Below, in pieces: positions 1 to 10,300 of a stretch of DNA of 64,000 bases (position 1 is the first letter of the stretch; the number at the start of each line of letters is the position of its first letter). The stretch spans positions 4,790-68,789 of IMG/VR virus record IMGVR_UViG_3300017917_000529. The stretch is one strand, 5' to 3'. The stretch comes from a virus. The position numbers and the translations under genes were made by a program. Under the pieces are notes generated by a model. That model did not search any database, was not told the origin of the DNA, and saw only the letters and a list, made by a program, of their open reading frames with translations.

Positions 1-84
1 TGATAGTTTCTACTATTTTCTGTATAGTTAAAAACATTATCATACACATCATCTTCTGTTCTTATTGTTTTTGGATCAAACTGA

Positions 85-369
85 TCATTCATTTTCTGAA
101 TCTCCTTTGTTATATATTTTTGAAACTTTCAATAATACCAAATATCCAATTAAATCATCTAAATCATTATCTCCATAATATTCGGATCCTCTTGATATTC
201 TAGACAATTTATCATCAATTCTAATTTTAATTTGTTCATCTGGATCTGCTTTAGAAAATATTCTTATTGGATCAATTGCAGAATCTCCATATGATTTATT
301 TTTTTCAATAAGCATGTTTTTTATGTTGTCGCAAATATTAGCAATTATGTATTGGGTTGTGTTACTCAT
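85..369 (-). CDS. DUF1599-like (nucleotide-modification-associated domain) protein
   Basis: KNKSYGDS...IRIDDKLSRI...DDLIGYLVL matches the KNxDYG / RxxDKxxR / DLxGY pattern of this helical phage family. Confidence 0.65.
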   Translation of the reverse strand: MSNTTQYIIANICDNIKNMLIEKNKSYGDSAIDPIRIFSKADPDEQIKIRIDDKLSRISRGSEYYGDNDLDDLIGYLVLLKVSKIYNKGDSENE

Positions 370-524
370 CTTTTTGATTTCCTTAATTCAAATTTAGCCA
401 GGTATACATATATTGTTTCAACACTACATCCACACTCTTTGGCTATTTCTTCTGGTGACTTTCTATCCATAAGATATCTCTTACGCATAAAAACTTCACT
501 AGTATACATTTTACCAGATGACAT
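366..524 (-). CDS. small helix-turn-helix protein (52 aa, not in ORF track)
   Basis: Hand translation MSSGKMYTSEVFMRKRYLMDRKSPEEIAKECGCSVETIYVYLAKFELRKSKR; SPEEIAKECGCSVETIY is HTH-like; start and stop overlap both neighbours. Confidence 0.7.
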   Translation of the reverse strand: MSSGKMYTSEVFMRKRYLMDRKSPEEIAKECGCSVETIYVYLAKFELRKSKR

Positions 525-1117
525 CAAACATTAACTCCAGTTATCTTATTCCAATTGTTTACAGCCCAATGTCCTATAGCACAGGCATCTGCAACATCGT
601 TGTCAGATATATTTTTATCATACATGGTATTAATAAACCTTATAGTTCTTTCTTTTCTTAAATTTCTTTCATATGTTTTATACCAAGACTCACTTTTTCC
701 AGGATTAGAATTAACTATTGATAATCTTTCTTCTTTACTTATCTTCTTGTTTCCTATATAATTTTGCCATGTTATAGGTGATACAGATCCAACTGTAGGT
801 ACCCCGCAAGAATATAGTGCTCCTATAATTGCTCCCTGAACCAAAGCCAAATCAGCAGCAGTTTTGGGACTATTCATAAACACAGTATGTTCTATAACCA
901 TAGCATCTATTTCATATAATTCAAATAGTGCCATGGTTTTAACACAGGCATCTCCAACCTTTTTATAATTTGTATCTCCACTAAAATTTATTTTTCCATA
1001 AAATGATAACTCTTTGTTTGAGAATACTGAAAATGCAAGACTATTTGTACTAGCATCAATACAACATAAGTTTTTTGGTATAGATTCAATACCCCACTTA
1101 TTCTTTGTCATTAGCAA
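524..1117 (-). CDS. RuvC-like Holliday junction resolvase
   Basis: CIDASTNSLAF (first acidic strand), VIEH, LALVQGAI and DNDVADACAIG give the RuvC catalytic layout. Confidence 0.8.
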   Translation of the reverse strand: MLMTKNKWGIESIPKNLCCIDASTNSLAFSVFSNKELSFYGKINFSGDTNYKKVGDACVKTMALFELYEIDAMVIEHTVFMNSPKTAADLALVQGAIIGALYSCGVPTVGSVSPITWQNYIGNKKISKEERLSIVNSNPGKSESWYKTYERNLRKERTIRFINTMYDKNISDNDVADACAIGHWAVNNWNKITGVNV

Positions 1118-1382
1118 TTATCCTAATTTTTTTTAATGCTTTTACTACTTCTACAGGGTTAATCAAACAAAATGTGCAAATTGGTTCATCATTATATATC
1201 GATAAATCATTACCACAATTTTTACATTTTCTATTTTTACCAATTCTTTTTTGTCTTCTTGAAATTAAATATCTTTCAGCAATTTTTTCTTTTGTTGCTG
1301 AATCTCTACATTCCTCAGAACAATATATCTGATATGTTACTTTTGGTTTAAATGTTTGTTCACACCATTTACAGTTCTTCAC
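1098..1382 (-). CDS. Cys-rich zinc-finger protein
   Basis: CKWC, YCSEEC, CKNC and CTFC pairs. Confidence 0.6.
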   Translation of the reverse strand: MKNCKWCEQTFKPKVTYQIYCSEECRDSATKEKIAERYLISRRQKRIGKNRKCKNCGNDLSIYNDEPICTFCLINPVEVVKALKKIRIIANDKE

Positions 1383-2208
1383 CTAATTGCTCCAGAGAAT
1401 CTATTTTGATGGTTCCCGCATCTGCTTCAGAGCATGCCTTTTGAATTGGACATTTAGCACATACCTTAGAATTAGATCTATAATTTTTCTTTGGCAATGT
1501 CTGATCTTTCCATGCTTGACGCACAGTTCTCATCCATTCAAATGCATTGTCTACCCACTTGCGATAACTATCATTCAATGAGATGGGGAGTGTAAGTAAT
1601 TCATGATTGTTTTTATTTTCATAAATAATAACACCCTTATCTTTTTTAAACACTTTCATATAAATAAGAACTTGTTTTAAATGATCTATTTTTGGTTTTC
1701 TGTGTATTTTTCTATATTCAAAACCTTCGCTTGGAACAGTTTTAATTTCACCAACCATATCAGTTCCATTAAAATGTATCATAGCATCTGCATAACCATT
1801 GATTGGTGGATCTTCGGATTTAACTGAAAGTTCTAATGCTGGATGTATCTGTTTGTTGTATTTTCTTGGCTCTGGATCAAATTCTAAATCTTCTGCAAGA
1901 ACTCCAGAATGCATCATAGCATCTTGTATTCTTCCATGACTTAAATTACCACCAGTTCTATTTGCTACGCCATAAGCATCTGCATTGTCTACCCATACCG
2001 TTCCATCAAAAGCCAAATACCAAAATCTTGGACATTCTCCATGATTCCATACTATAGTAGATGGAGAAAAACTATATTTTTTATTAAATTTTGGTTTTAA
2101 ATTTTTTGTATATCCAGTTTCAATTGCCTCTATTAAACCATTTGTATGGTCTGACTCCAAAGTTTTTACATCTTTTTTTATCATAACCTGTTGTAGTAAA
2201 TTTTTCAT
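1369..2208 (-). CDS. Cas4-like PD-(D/E)XK exonuclease (stand-alone)
   Basis: ECPRFWY, GYADA, GEIKT, QVLIYM and C-terminal CAKCPIQKAC (Fe-S Cys cluster). Confidence 0.8.
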   Translation of the reverse strand: MKNLLQQVMIKKDVKTLESDHTNGLIEAIETGYTKNLKPKFNKKYSFSPSTIVWNHGECPRFWYLAFDGTVWVDNADAYGVANRTGGNLSHGRIQDAMMHSGVLAEDLEFDPEPRKYNKQIHPALELSVKSEDPPINGYADAMIHFNGTDMVGEIKTVPSEGFEYRKIHRKPKIDHLKQVLIYMKVFKKDKGVIIYENKNNHELLTLPISLNDSYRKWVDNAFEWMRTVRQAWKDQTLPKKNYRSNSKVCAKCPIQKACSEADAGTIKIDSLEQLGEEL

Positions 2209-2236
2209 TGTTATCCTTTTAGTATAGTATAGCAGA

Positions 2237-2563
2237 CTATCTTGTTATATACTTTAATGCTGAAACTAAATCGTTAATTGATTCTGCTGCAGTATAATAA
2301 ATATTTTTTTTAGATCTATCATTTTTATCAACATTTGCCATCCATGTTGCTTTAAATGCCATTTTAGCAGCAATTGCTTGAAGTCTAACTATTTCTATTG
2401 TTGCAACATTAATAGGAATATCTGGCTTTACTATTACCTTTGCAATAAAAGTTAGGGCAGTTGTGAGTTCTTCATCATTCATATACTCAGCAATTTCTAC
2501 AAGACCATTAACTTGTTCTAATGTAGTTTTATTATTTTCAGTTTGTAACACCAAAGCCTCCAT
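2237..2563 (-). CDS. hypothetical protein
   Basis: 108 aa ORF within the operon; true start may be the GTG at 2551, just after GGAGG. Confidence 0.55.
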   Translation of the reverse strand: MEALVLQTENNKTTLEQVNGLVEIAEYMNDEELTTALTFIAKVIVKPDIPINVATIEIVRLQAIAAKMAFKATWMANVDKNDRSKKNIYYTAAESINDLVSALKYITR

Positions 2564-3314
2564 TATCTTCTGGTTCTATTCCTAAAAGCAAGCCCTCTTC
2601 GTGATATTGTTCCCAACTTTTTTGAAATCTTGGATGTTGATTTAATTCATCAATATATTTTTTTCTTACTTCTGGATGGTGTTCATTGTCTAAAGGATTT
2701 TCATCTCCTGTAAATCTATAATTATCTGGAGGACAATAATCAAAACTAACTATCTCAACATATTCTCCAGGCTTCCAGTGTCTTTTTGGTCTCCAATGTA
2801 CTTGATTAACAGCACTAAACAACATCGCATCACCATTTTTAAGATCATAATGCTCTCCATCAATAACTAGTTGCCAATCATCAACATTCCCACCAATTTG
2901 ATAATTAAATGTAACTAAGTTTTCGTCAGCATCAATATGCGGAGGTAATGATGGTGCATACTTTCCATCTCCGAACTGCATATCGTATTTAATATAATTA
3001 TAGTGGCAAAGTTTGATTTCATCTTTATAGACTGGCTTTGCATGTAAATCCATGACCAACTCTATTTCTTTTGGACATTCAAATTCGATTAACTCCCTAG
3101 ACATAACGGTAATTTTTTTAGGATAGAATCTATTCATTGCTGAAATTATTTCAAAATCTGACTCAATTATGTCATCAACTACAATTTCTCTATTTGCCTC
3201 AATCACATCTCTTAATATTTTTATCTGATTTTCATTAAAAGGTTTTTCGATATAAACTGGAAGTTTAGTATTGTATTTATCAAAACTTGTTAAAAAGTTA
3301 TGTATTTTACTCAT
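2538..3314 (-). CDS. 2OG-Fe(II) oxygenase (HxD...HWR family)
   Basis: LPPHIDAD...FSAVNQVHWRP; start moved to the ATG at 3314 (TAATG coupling with the upstream gene). Confidence 0.75.
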   Translation of the reverse strand: MSKIHNFLTSFDKYNTKLPVYIEKPFNENQIKILRDVIEANREIVVDDIIESDFEIISAMNRFYPKKITVMSRELIEFECPKEIELVMDLHAKPVYKDEIKLCHYNYIKYDMQFGDGKYAPSLPPHIDADENLVTFNYQIGGNVDDWQLVIDGEHYDLKNGDAMLFSAVNQVHWRPKRHWKPGEYVEIVSFDYCPPDNYRFTGDENPLDNEHHPEVRKKYIDELNQHPRFQKSWEQYHEEGLLLGIEPEDNGGFGVTN

Positions 3315-3949
3315 TAGTATGAACCTTCTGTTGGATTTGAACTTATTCCTGGTGTTTGATCCCACACACTGTACTGATAGTCTCTTCTATCTAAAATTTC
3401 CTTATCCTCTTGTTCTGTTCTATAGTTATTAACTTTAGGAACAAAGTGTAGAAACAGTGCTTCTAAAAATTCTCCGTCTTTAAATTCTTTTTTTGGTCTC
3501 CAATGAACTTGGTGAGTTCCAGAAAAAGTTAACGCTTGGTTGTCTTTTAAAATAAAACTTTCTTGAGATTTCCAATTATCCACAATTATTTCCCAACTAA
3601 CATTTGATCTTAATTGTACATCTACTGTAAATCTTTTACCTTCAAAAGCATTATCTATATGTGGAAATAGTAGTGGATTAAACCATAGTTTTCTACAATC
3701 AGATATCGTTTTTTGATATCTAGAAAAATTATATTCTTTAAGAACTAAACCTTCTCCAACAATCTCTTCAGCAACCTTAGTGACACTATCTATGATATCT
3801 GATGGAAGTATGATATGTGAACTCACATAACTTAAATATTGTTGAAAAGATGTACGTGGAGCATTTTGTACTATCTCATATATTCTATTTATTTGTTCTT
3901 CTGTAAAAAAATTTTCTATAATAATGTTTGGAACATTTTTATAACTCAT
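3314..3949 (-). CDS. 2OG-Fe(II) oxygenase (HxD...HWR family)
   Basis: IIENFFTEEQ, LFPHIDN, FSGTHQVHWRP. Confidence 0.78.
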   Translation of the reverse strand: MSYKNVPNIIIENFFTEEQINRIYEIVQNAPRTSFQQYLSYVSSHIILPSDIIDSVTKVAEEIVGEGLVLKEYNFSRYQKTISDCRKLWFNPLLFPHIDNAFEGKRFTVDVQLRSNVSWEIIVDNWKSQESFILKDNQALTFSGTHQVHWRPKKEFKDGEFLEALFLHFVPKVNNYRTEQEDKEILDRRDYQYSVWDQTPGISSNPTEGSY

Positions 3950-4596
3950 TAATTATCTCCTATTTTAATTGGTTGTCTTTCTATTCCGCTTTGCTCTCTT
4001 AATCTGTGTGACCAATATTCTAAAATTAATTTTTGATCTTTGCTCCAAGGTCTATGATCAGCATATCTAAAATGAGCAAACAGCATATCAACTCTATCTT
4101 TATCAGACAACTTTTTATTTTCTCTCCAATGAATCTGTTGAGTTCCAGAGAAAACTAATCCATCATTATTTTCTAAATTAAAGGATTGACCTTCTACTAT
4201 AACTGCCCAAGGAGTAGTTGCGTTTAGTTGTATATCTAGTGTAATTCTTTGACCATCTTTTTCATGAGTATCAAAATGTGGAAAAAGTTTTGGTTCATAC
4301 CCATATTCACGAGAGTATCTTGCAAAAGATAATTCAGTTAAAAACATTTGCTCGTTTAAAACATTACTCATCCAAAGATTTAAATATTTTTCTAAATCTT
4401 GATTGTGAAATGTCCAAGCCCTATGCCCAACAAAATCTTGTGTTAAAAAATTATCTTTTATTTTATCAACTTCGTGATATATAAGTTCATTTTGTTCTTT
4501 TGTTATAATATTTTTATAAATAAAAACTTCAAAATCTCTATTTGGAACAATACCATTTTCTAGTTCTTCGTTATATATTGCTGGATCAAAACCCAT
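3949..4596 (-). CDS. 2OG-Fe(II) oxygenase (HxD...HWR family)
   Basis: LFPHFDT, FSGTQQIHWRE. Confidence 0.78.
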   Translation of the reverse strand: MGFDPAIYNEELENGIVPNRDFEVFIYKNIITKEQNELIYHEVDKIKDNFLTQDFVGHRAWTFHNQDLEKYLNLWMSNVLNEQMFLTELSFARYSREYGYEPKLFPHFDTHEKDGQRITLDIQLNATTPWAVIVEGQSFNLENNDGLVFSGTQQIHWRENKKLSDKDRVDMLFAHFRYADHRPWSKDQKLILEYWSHRLREQSGIERQPIKIGDN

Positions 4597-4597
4597 T

Positions 4598-5311
4598 TTA
4601 TTTATCCTCTCTAAACACTTTATCTACAAGTTCTTCCCAATCTTTTTTTCCGCCCCACTCATCTGACTTGTTTACTGATAGTTTAATTGGATCTAGAGCA
4701 ATTCCAGATTCTTGTTGATACTTTACTTCCCAATAACGCATTGCTTCATCTTGATCTAAACTTAGTGGTTTGTTATTTACATATTTAAAATGTGCAAATA
4801 TGGCAGCACAATAATCATTCTTCTTAAAATTATATTTCTCTCTCCAGTGTACTTGTTGGGTTCCAGAAAAAACTACACCCTCGTTTTTTTTAGTTTTATA
4901 TTTTTTGTTTTCGACAACTAAATTCCAATCTATATTAGAATCTATTTCAACTGACATTGTTACTGTTTGTCCATCTTTAGCATGATTATCAAAATGTGGA
5001 TATAGTTTTGGTTCATATCCAAATTCTGGAGCATAAATACACAACTCTATATCAACTAATCTTACTTTTTCTTTAACTCCTTCACTAACAACTTCCTCAA
5101 GTCTTTTAGTAATTTCTGGATAGTTAACTACCCACTTTCTTTGACCAGCATAGCCAACAGTTATATAATAATCTTGAAATCTTTTATAATGATGTTTTAA
5201 TGTATTTATATGGTCTTCTGATAAAACATCTTTAATATAAAATACTTCAAAGTCTTTATTATCCACATAAATATTTTCTAATCTTTCATTGTATTCTAGT
5301 TTTTTATACAT
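4598..5311 (-). CDS. 2OG-Fe(II) oxygenase (HxD...HWR family)
   Basis: LYPHFDN, FSGTQQVHWRE; close paralogue of 3949..4596 (shared GYEPKL.PHFD.H.KDGQ). Confidence 0.78.
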   Translation of the reverse strand: MYKKLEYNERLENIYVDNKDFEVFYIKDVLSEDHINTLKHHYKRFQDYYITVGYAGQRKWVVNYPEITKRLEEVVSEGVKEKVRLVDIELCIYAPEFGYEPKLYPHFDNHAKDGQTVTMSVEIDSNIDWNLVVENKKYKTKKNEGVVFSGTQQVHWREKYNFKKNDYCAAIFAHFKYVNNKPLSLDQDEAMRYWEVKYQQESGIALDPIKLSVNKSDEWGGKKDWEELVDKVFREDK

Positions 5312-5325
5312 TGTTTTAACTCAGT

Positions 5326-5865
5326 CTACTCTCTATCAATTGGTGCTCTAAAAAAGAAAAATAGCATATCTACAAACTCATCTTCTTCAAATCTTTTTTC
5401 TGGTCTTCCATGAAATTGTTTAAACGGTCTAAGCAAAACTCCTTGATTATTAACTAATTCATAATTAGTTCCATCTATAGTAATTGGCCAAACAGTATTT
5501 GCTTTTAATTGATAATCAATTAAAGTTGTATCAAGTTTTGAATCATAGTGACCATTTAGCCTAGGTGCTCCAACGCTTGGAGAATAATGTGCATAAACAG
5601 TACTGATATACTCACAATCTCCATATTTTTCTTTTACTAATCTCTTTAGTTTTTCAACAATATATTCTGGTGTTGGAAGTATTTCTGCCATCAACCTTCC
5701 ATTATCTATATCTACCATAACAACATCATCTTGATTTATTAGTGATCCATTTTCATCTTGTAGTATTGGAACATGTGGTCTATTATTTATTTCATCATCA
5801 ACCATCTTAAAAAGATCTGCACACTCTTCTTTTGTAAACAAATCATTAAATAGTATATTTTCCAT
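5326..5865 (-). CDS. 2OG-Fe(II) oxygenase (divergent family member)
   Basis: LNGHYDS, IDYQL, WPITID, QFHGRP; start at ATG 5865, 6 nt after TATAAT. Confidence 0.7.
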   Translation of the reverse strand: MENILFNDLFTKEECADLFKMVDDEINNRPHVPILQDENGSLINQDDVVMVDIDNGRLMAEILPTPEYIVEKLKRLVKEKYGDCEYISTVYAHYSPSVGAPRLNGHYDSKLDTTLIDYQLKANTVWPITIDGTNYELVNNQGVLLRPFKQFHGRPEKRFEEDEFVDMLFFFFRAPIDRE

Positions 5866-5872
5866 ATTACTA

Positions 5873-6157
5873 TTATACCTCATCCATTAATTGTTGTAGC
5901 ATATCCATTTCAATAATTGCTAATCTTGTTTTAGTATTACCTTCTCCCAAAATTACCACTATTGCTGGATCAGCATTTTTTTTAATTGCATCAGTTACAG
6001 CCTTTGCCCAAACCTCTTTATTTAAAGTAAAAGACTTTTTTGATTCTTTAAAATCAATAACAAAGTTGTTCCAGGACGCATCTCCCTTAACCGTATTTCT
6101 TCCAGAATTTTTGTGCTGCTTGGCACCGATTCTTTTACTCTCGTTCTTCTCGCTCAT
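5873..6157 (-). CDS. small PD-(D/E)XK nuclease, Hjc-like resolvase
   Basis: NSGR...KGDA...IDFKE motif. Confidence 0.6.
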   Translation of the reverse strand: MSEKNESKRIGAKQHKNSGRNTVKGDASWNNFVIDFKESKKSFTLNKEVWAKAVTDAIKKNADPAIVVILGEGNTKTRLAIIEMDMLQQLMDEV

Positions 6158-6317
6158 AATCTTTCTTTGACTTGTGAACCAATCTTACTTTACTAAGATG
6201 TTTGTTTTTACACATCCAAGTTAAATCTTTAGTCTCAGTGTAAGACCTTAAGGTATTTACTATATCCTTACATGTATGACAAATAAACTTGCCGTTATAT
6301 GTTACATAATTAGGCAC
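6135..6317 (-). CDS. small zinc-ribbon protein
   Basis: CHTC...WMCKNKH; overlaps both neighbours. Confidence 0.55.
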   Translation of the reverse strand: MPNYVTYNGKFICHTCKDIVNTLRSYTETKDLTWMCKNKHLSKVRLVHKSKKDYEREERE

Positions 6318-7317
6318 TTAATTTATTCTTAATCATCTCTTGTAGACCAAGATCCTCTCTTACTGCTTCTATAAACGCTTCCCTACCTTGAATTTTTGTA
6401 CCATCTTCTAATTGATACCAGGCACCAGTTCTATTTACTAAGCCAGATGCTTCTGCTGTATCTACTAAATCTCCTATTTCATCTATGCCAATTTTATCTC
6501 CTCTGAAATAAAAATCATATTCTCCAGATTGAAATGCTGGAGATGTTTTAGAAAATTGTAACTCCCACCTAACTTTTCTACCAACCTTTTCTTCAATAAG
6601 TTTGTCACCAATTTTTATTTTACCCTTTAATGCCTGGTTGTCCGATTCAGAAGAAAACAACTTTATTACACATGAAGAATAAAATTTGGTTGCTTGTCCC
6701 CCAGAGGGTTGTTGACTAGTATACATAGCATTAATATTATTTCTAGATTGAGAAATAAGAACTAGTAATGTTGGTTTAACTTTATTGTTTGCATAGTTTA
6801 ACATCTTCCATGCATTACTAAAATCTCTAGATTCTGCACCAATTTGTTTTGTATTTTCTAAAGCCTTCATCTCATCACTGTCTTTTTCAAAATATATTGC
6901 TGGTAATAATGATGTAATAGAATCAACAACAATCAAATCTACTCCAGCATTCATTAATCCAACTCCAACATCAACCATATCGCTAATTGTTCTTGCTTGA
7001 GAATATATTAATTTTTCTGGATCAACTCCTAAAGACTTAGCCCATTCTTCTGAATATGACATTTCTGCATCAATCCAAGCACACAACTTTCCTTCTTTTT
7101 GTGCCAAGGCAATCATTTGTAAACACATAGATGATTTTGCAGAAGACTTGCTACCCCAAATTAAAACTTGTCTTCCATATGGTAAACCTCCACCAAGTGC
7201 TTTGTTTAAACCAAAACTAGGTGTAGGTTGAAATTCAAAATTAACACCTACTCCAGTTCCCAATCTCTTCCTTAATTTTGGATCAAGTTGAGACAACACT
7301 TCTTCTACGCTAAGCAT
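6310..7317 (-). CDS. recA: RecA/UvsX-like recombinase
   Basis: LGGGLPYGR, P-loop GSKSSAKS, WIDAE, IVVDSI, GGQATKFYSS, GAWY. Confidence 0.92.
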   Translation of the reverse strand: MLSVEEVLSQLDPKLRKRLGTGVGVNFEFQPTPSFGLNKALGGGLPYGRQVLIWGSKSSAKSSMCLQMIALAQKEGKLCAWIDAEMSYSEEWAKSLGVDPEKLIYSQARTISDMVDVGVGLMNAGVDLIVVDSITSLLPAIYFEKDSDEMKALENTKQIGAESRDFSNAWKMLNYANNKVKPTLLVLISQSRNNINAMYTSQQPSGGQATKFYSSCVIKLFSSESDNQALKGKIKIGDKLIEEKVGRKVRWELQFSKTSPAFQSGEYDFYFRGDKIGIDEIGDLVDTAEASGLVNRTGAWYQLEDGTKIQGREAFIEAVREDLGLQEMIKNKLSA

Positions 7318-10300
7318 TTATATCCTCCAATATTGTTGTGCCATCTTTCATTTTACTAAGTTCAAACTTATAAGCATGACCCTCTTCAATTTTCATATAT
7401 GCTTTTGGAAATGCTTTTGGAAAAACGGTAACTGAGTGTAAATTTCTTGATGTATCTGCTAATGTTAATGATGCCATTTTCTTTCCTGCTTTTGTTATTC
7501 TAGGCTTAAATGATACCACAAAGTGTTCTTCGCTTGTGAATGGAAGTTGTTTGTAATTTAAAAATCTAATTATTGCAGAGTTTGAAGTTTTTAAATCTTC
7601 TATTTTTACACTTGAAACTATTCTGTTATCATTAACTAAAACTAAGTATGTGTGACCACTCTCTAACGTTGTTTGTTCTTCATCAAATATTCCTATAGCA
7701 CCAGTTTTGTCTAATAATTCAACTCTAGACCACCCCTTAGATCTTTTTATTCCTTTTACCATACCCATCAAAATATAAGAACCCTTTTCATCATAATCCT
7801 CTACTTCAGTAATAAATGCTAAATAATGTGGTGGAAGAGGAATATTAAACTCTGGCAAATTTAAATATTCATATAAATTATTTTTTATTTCTTGGTCATT
7901 TCTGGGATTATCTGTGAAAGTTGCTGCACCAATTGCTCTTAATGATTGAAGTGCACGACTATTTACACCATTACCTTTAGTAAAGGTAAATTCTTCTAAT
8001 TCTTTATAAGAATTGAATGGTCTTGCATCTATATATCTTTGTGCTATCTTATCAGAAATATATTTAATAGAACTTAATCCAAACCTAATTCCCTTTCCTT
8101 CAATTTTAAAATCTATATCAGAATCATTGACGTGAGGCAACCTCATTGGTATGCCCATTCTTTTTGCTTCAATTAAATATTCTGTTCTAGCATCTTTATC
8201 TTTTTCATTTTTTAATAATGCAAACATAAACTCCAGTGGATAATAATACTTTAGCCACGCTGTCCAATACGAGACAGTAGAGTAGGCAACGGCATGTGAT
8301 TTGTTAAACGAATATCCAGCATGTGCTTCAAAGTCTTTCCAAAGATCCAAAGCATCATTAGGAGCAATGTAAGCAGAAGCATTTTTAATAAATTTTTCTT
8401 GAAACGCATCAAATTCCTTAGCATCTTTCTTTTTACCAATAATCTTACGAACTTTATCTGCTTCAGACATTGTCATGCCGCCAAGTTCAACGCAAGCCTG
8501 CATAACCTGTTCTTGATACAAAATACATCCGTATGTTTCCATTGTAAAGGATTTTAATATTTGGTGTAAATATCCAGTGTTTTGTTTTCCATGCTTTCTT
8601 TCAACATAGTCTTTTCCGATAGTATTCATTGCTCCTGGACGAACTAATGCATTTGATGCTGCTAACTCTGATAAATTACTAACTCCCATCTTTACTAGTA
8701 GATTTGTATAAGGAGTTGCTTCACATTGAAACACCCCTTTTGTGTATCCACTAGAAAGCATATCGTAAATATTTTTATCTTCCATATCTATATTTAATAA
8801 ATTAATATCTACATAATGATTTTCTTTAATAGCCTTTATTGTATCTTGAATAACACTAAGAGTTTTTAATCCTAATGCATCTATCTTGATAAGACCAATT
8901 TTTTCAGCCTCTTCCATGTCCACACCCACAACAGGTATGCGAACATCGGAACCAGGAGAAGAACGTGTCTCCAACGGTGCGTACCTAAAAATAGGATCTT
9001 TACTAGTGACAATACCAGCAGCATGTATGCCAGTACCTCTAATACGACCACGTAATTGCTCTCCATATATCTCCACTTCTGGATATTTTTCTCTGAACCA
9101 TTCAGTTGTTTTTGATCTACAAAATTCGTCCCAAGTATCAACTAATTTCAATACCTTGTTTACATCTGGCAATGGAATATTTAATACTCTTGAAACATCT
9201 CTAACAACACCTTTTTCTTTAAATTGCAAAAATGTAGCAATTGATGCTACATGTCTATATTGTCTAACCAAGTAATCTTTTACTTCATCACGACGTGAAT
9301 CTTGAATGTCTGTATCTATATCTGGAAAATCATTTCTTTCTGGATTTATAAATCTAAAAAATAACAAATTATGTTTAATAGGATCAATATCAGTTATTCC
9401 TAATACATAACACAATAAAGATCCTGCAGAGGATCCACGACCTGGACCAACTAAAATATTTTGTTTTTTAGCCCAAGATATCATGTTTTGTACTACCAAA
9501 AAATATGGACCAAATTTTTTATCTTTGATGACAGATAACTCTTCTTTTAACCTATCAACATATTCCTTATTATTTTCAAAACCTTTTTCCTTTAATCCCT
9601 CAAAAGCAATTAATTCAAGTTCTTTATCTGGATTTCTATATTGTACAGGAAGTAAGTTAAGGTTTTCTTTAATATCATAATCTTGTACTTTGTTTGCTAT
9701 TTCTATTGTATTTAAGTATATATCTTCTCTATCTATACCCTGCATTTGCATTGCAGATTTTATTTCTTCATAACTCAATAAATGTATTTTAAATTTATTA
9801 AATGTTATCTGTCTATCTTTACCGTATAAATAATCAAGTCTATCCATCATGTCTTTATGTTTTTTAGATTTTTCGTACGTATGATCTTTTTCTACCTTAG
9901 CGTGTGTATTCAGTAATAGTTTAAATTCTTGTATTTCTCTTTGTTCTTTATCACTATGATGACAATCTGGTGTCACTATCGCTTTAACATCATACTCATC
10001 AGCCAAAGAAAGCAATTGTTTATTTATTTTTGCTTCATTATGTGGCATCACTTCAATATAATAATCATCTTTGAATACTCTTTTAAACCAGTCAATATAC
10101 TTTTTAGCAACAGCATATTCTTCATTTTCTAATGCTTTGACTAGTACGCTGCTTGGACATGCAGATGTAACAATAATTCCTTCAGAATATTTTTCTAATA
10201 TTTCAAAATCAAATCTTGGTTTTTTAAAATATCCTTCAGTCCAAGCAATCTCATTTATTTTATTTAAATTTTCCAAACCAATTTTGTTTTTAGCCAAGAG

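Noticed and set aside
1369-2208. Cas4-like gene as evidence of a CRISPR-Cas system
   Set aside because: It stands alone among recombination genes with no cas1/cas2 or array; such nucleases are common in phages
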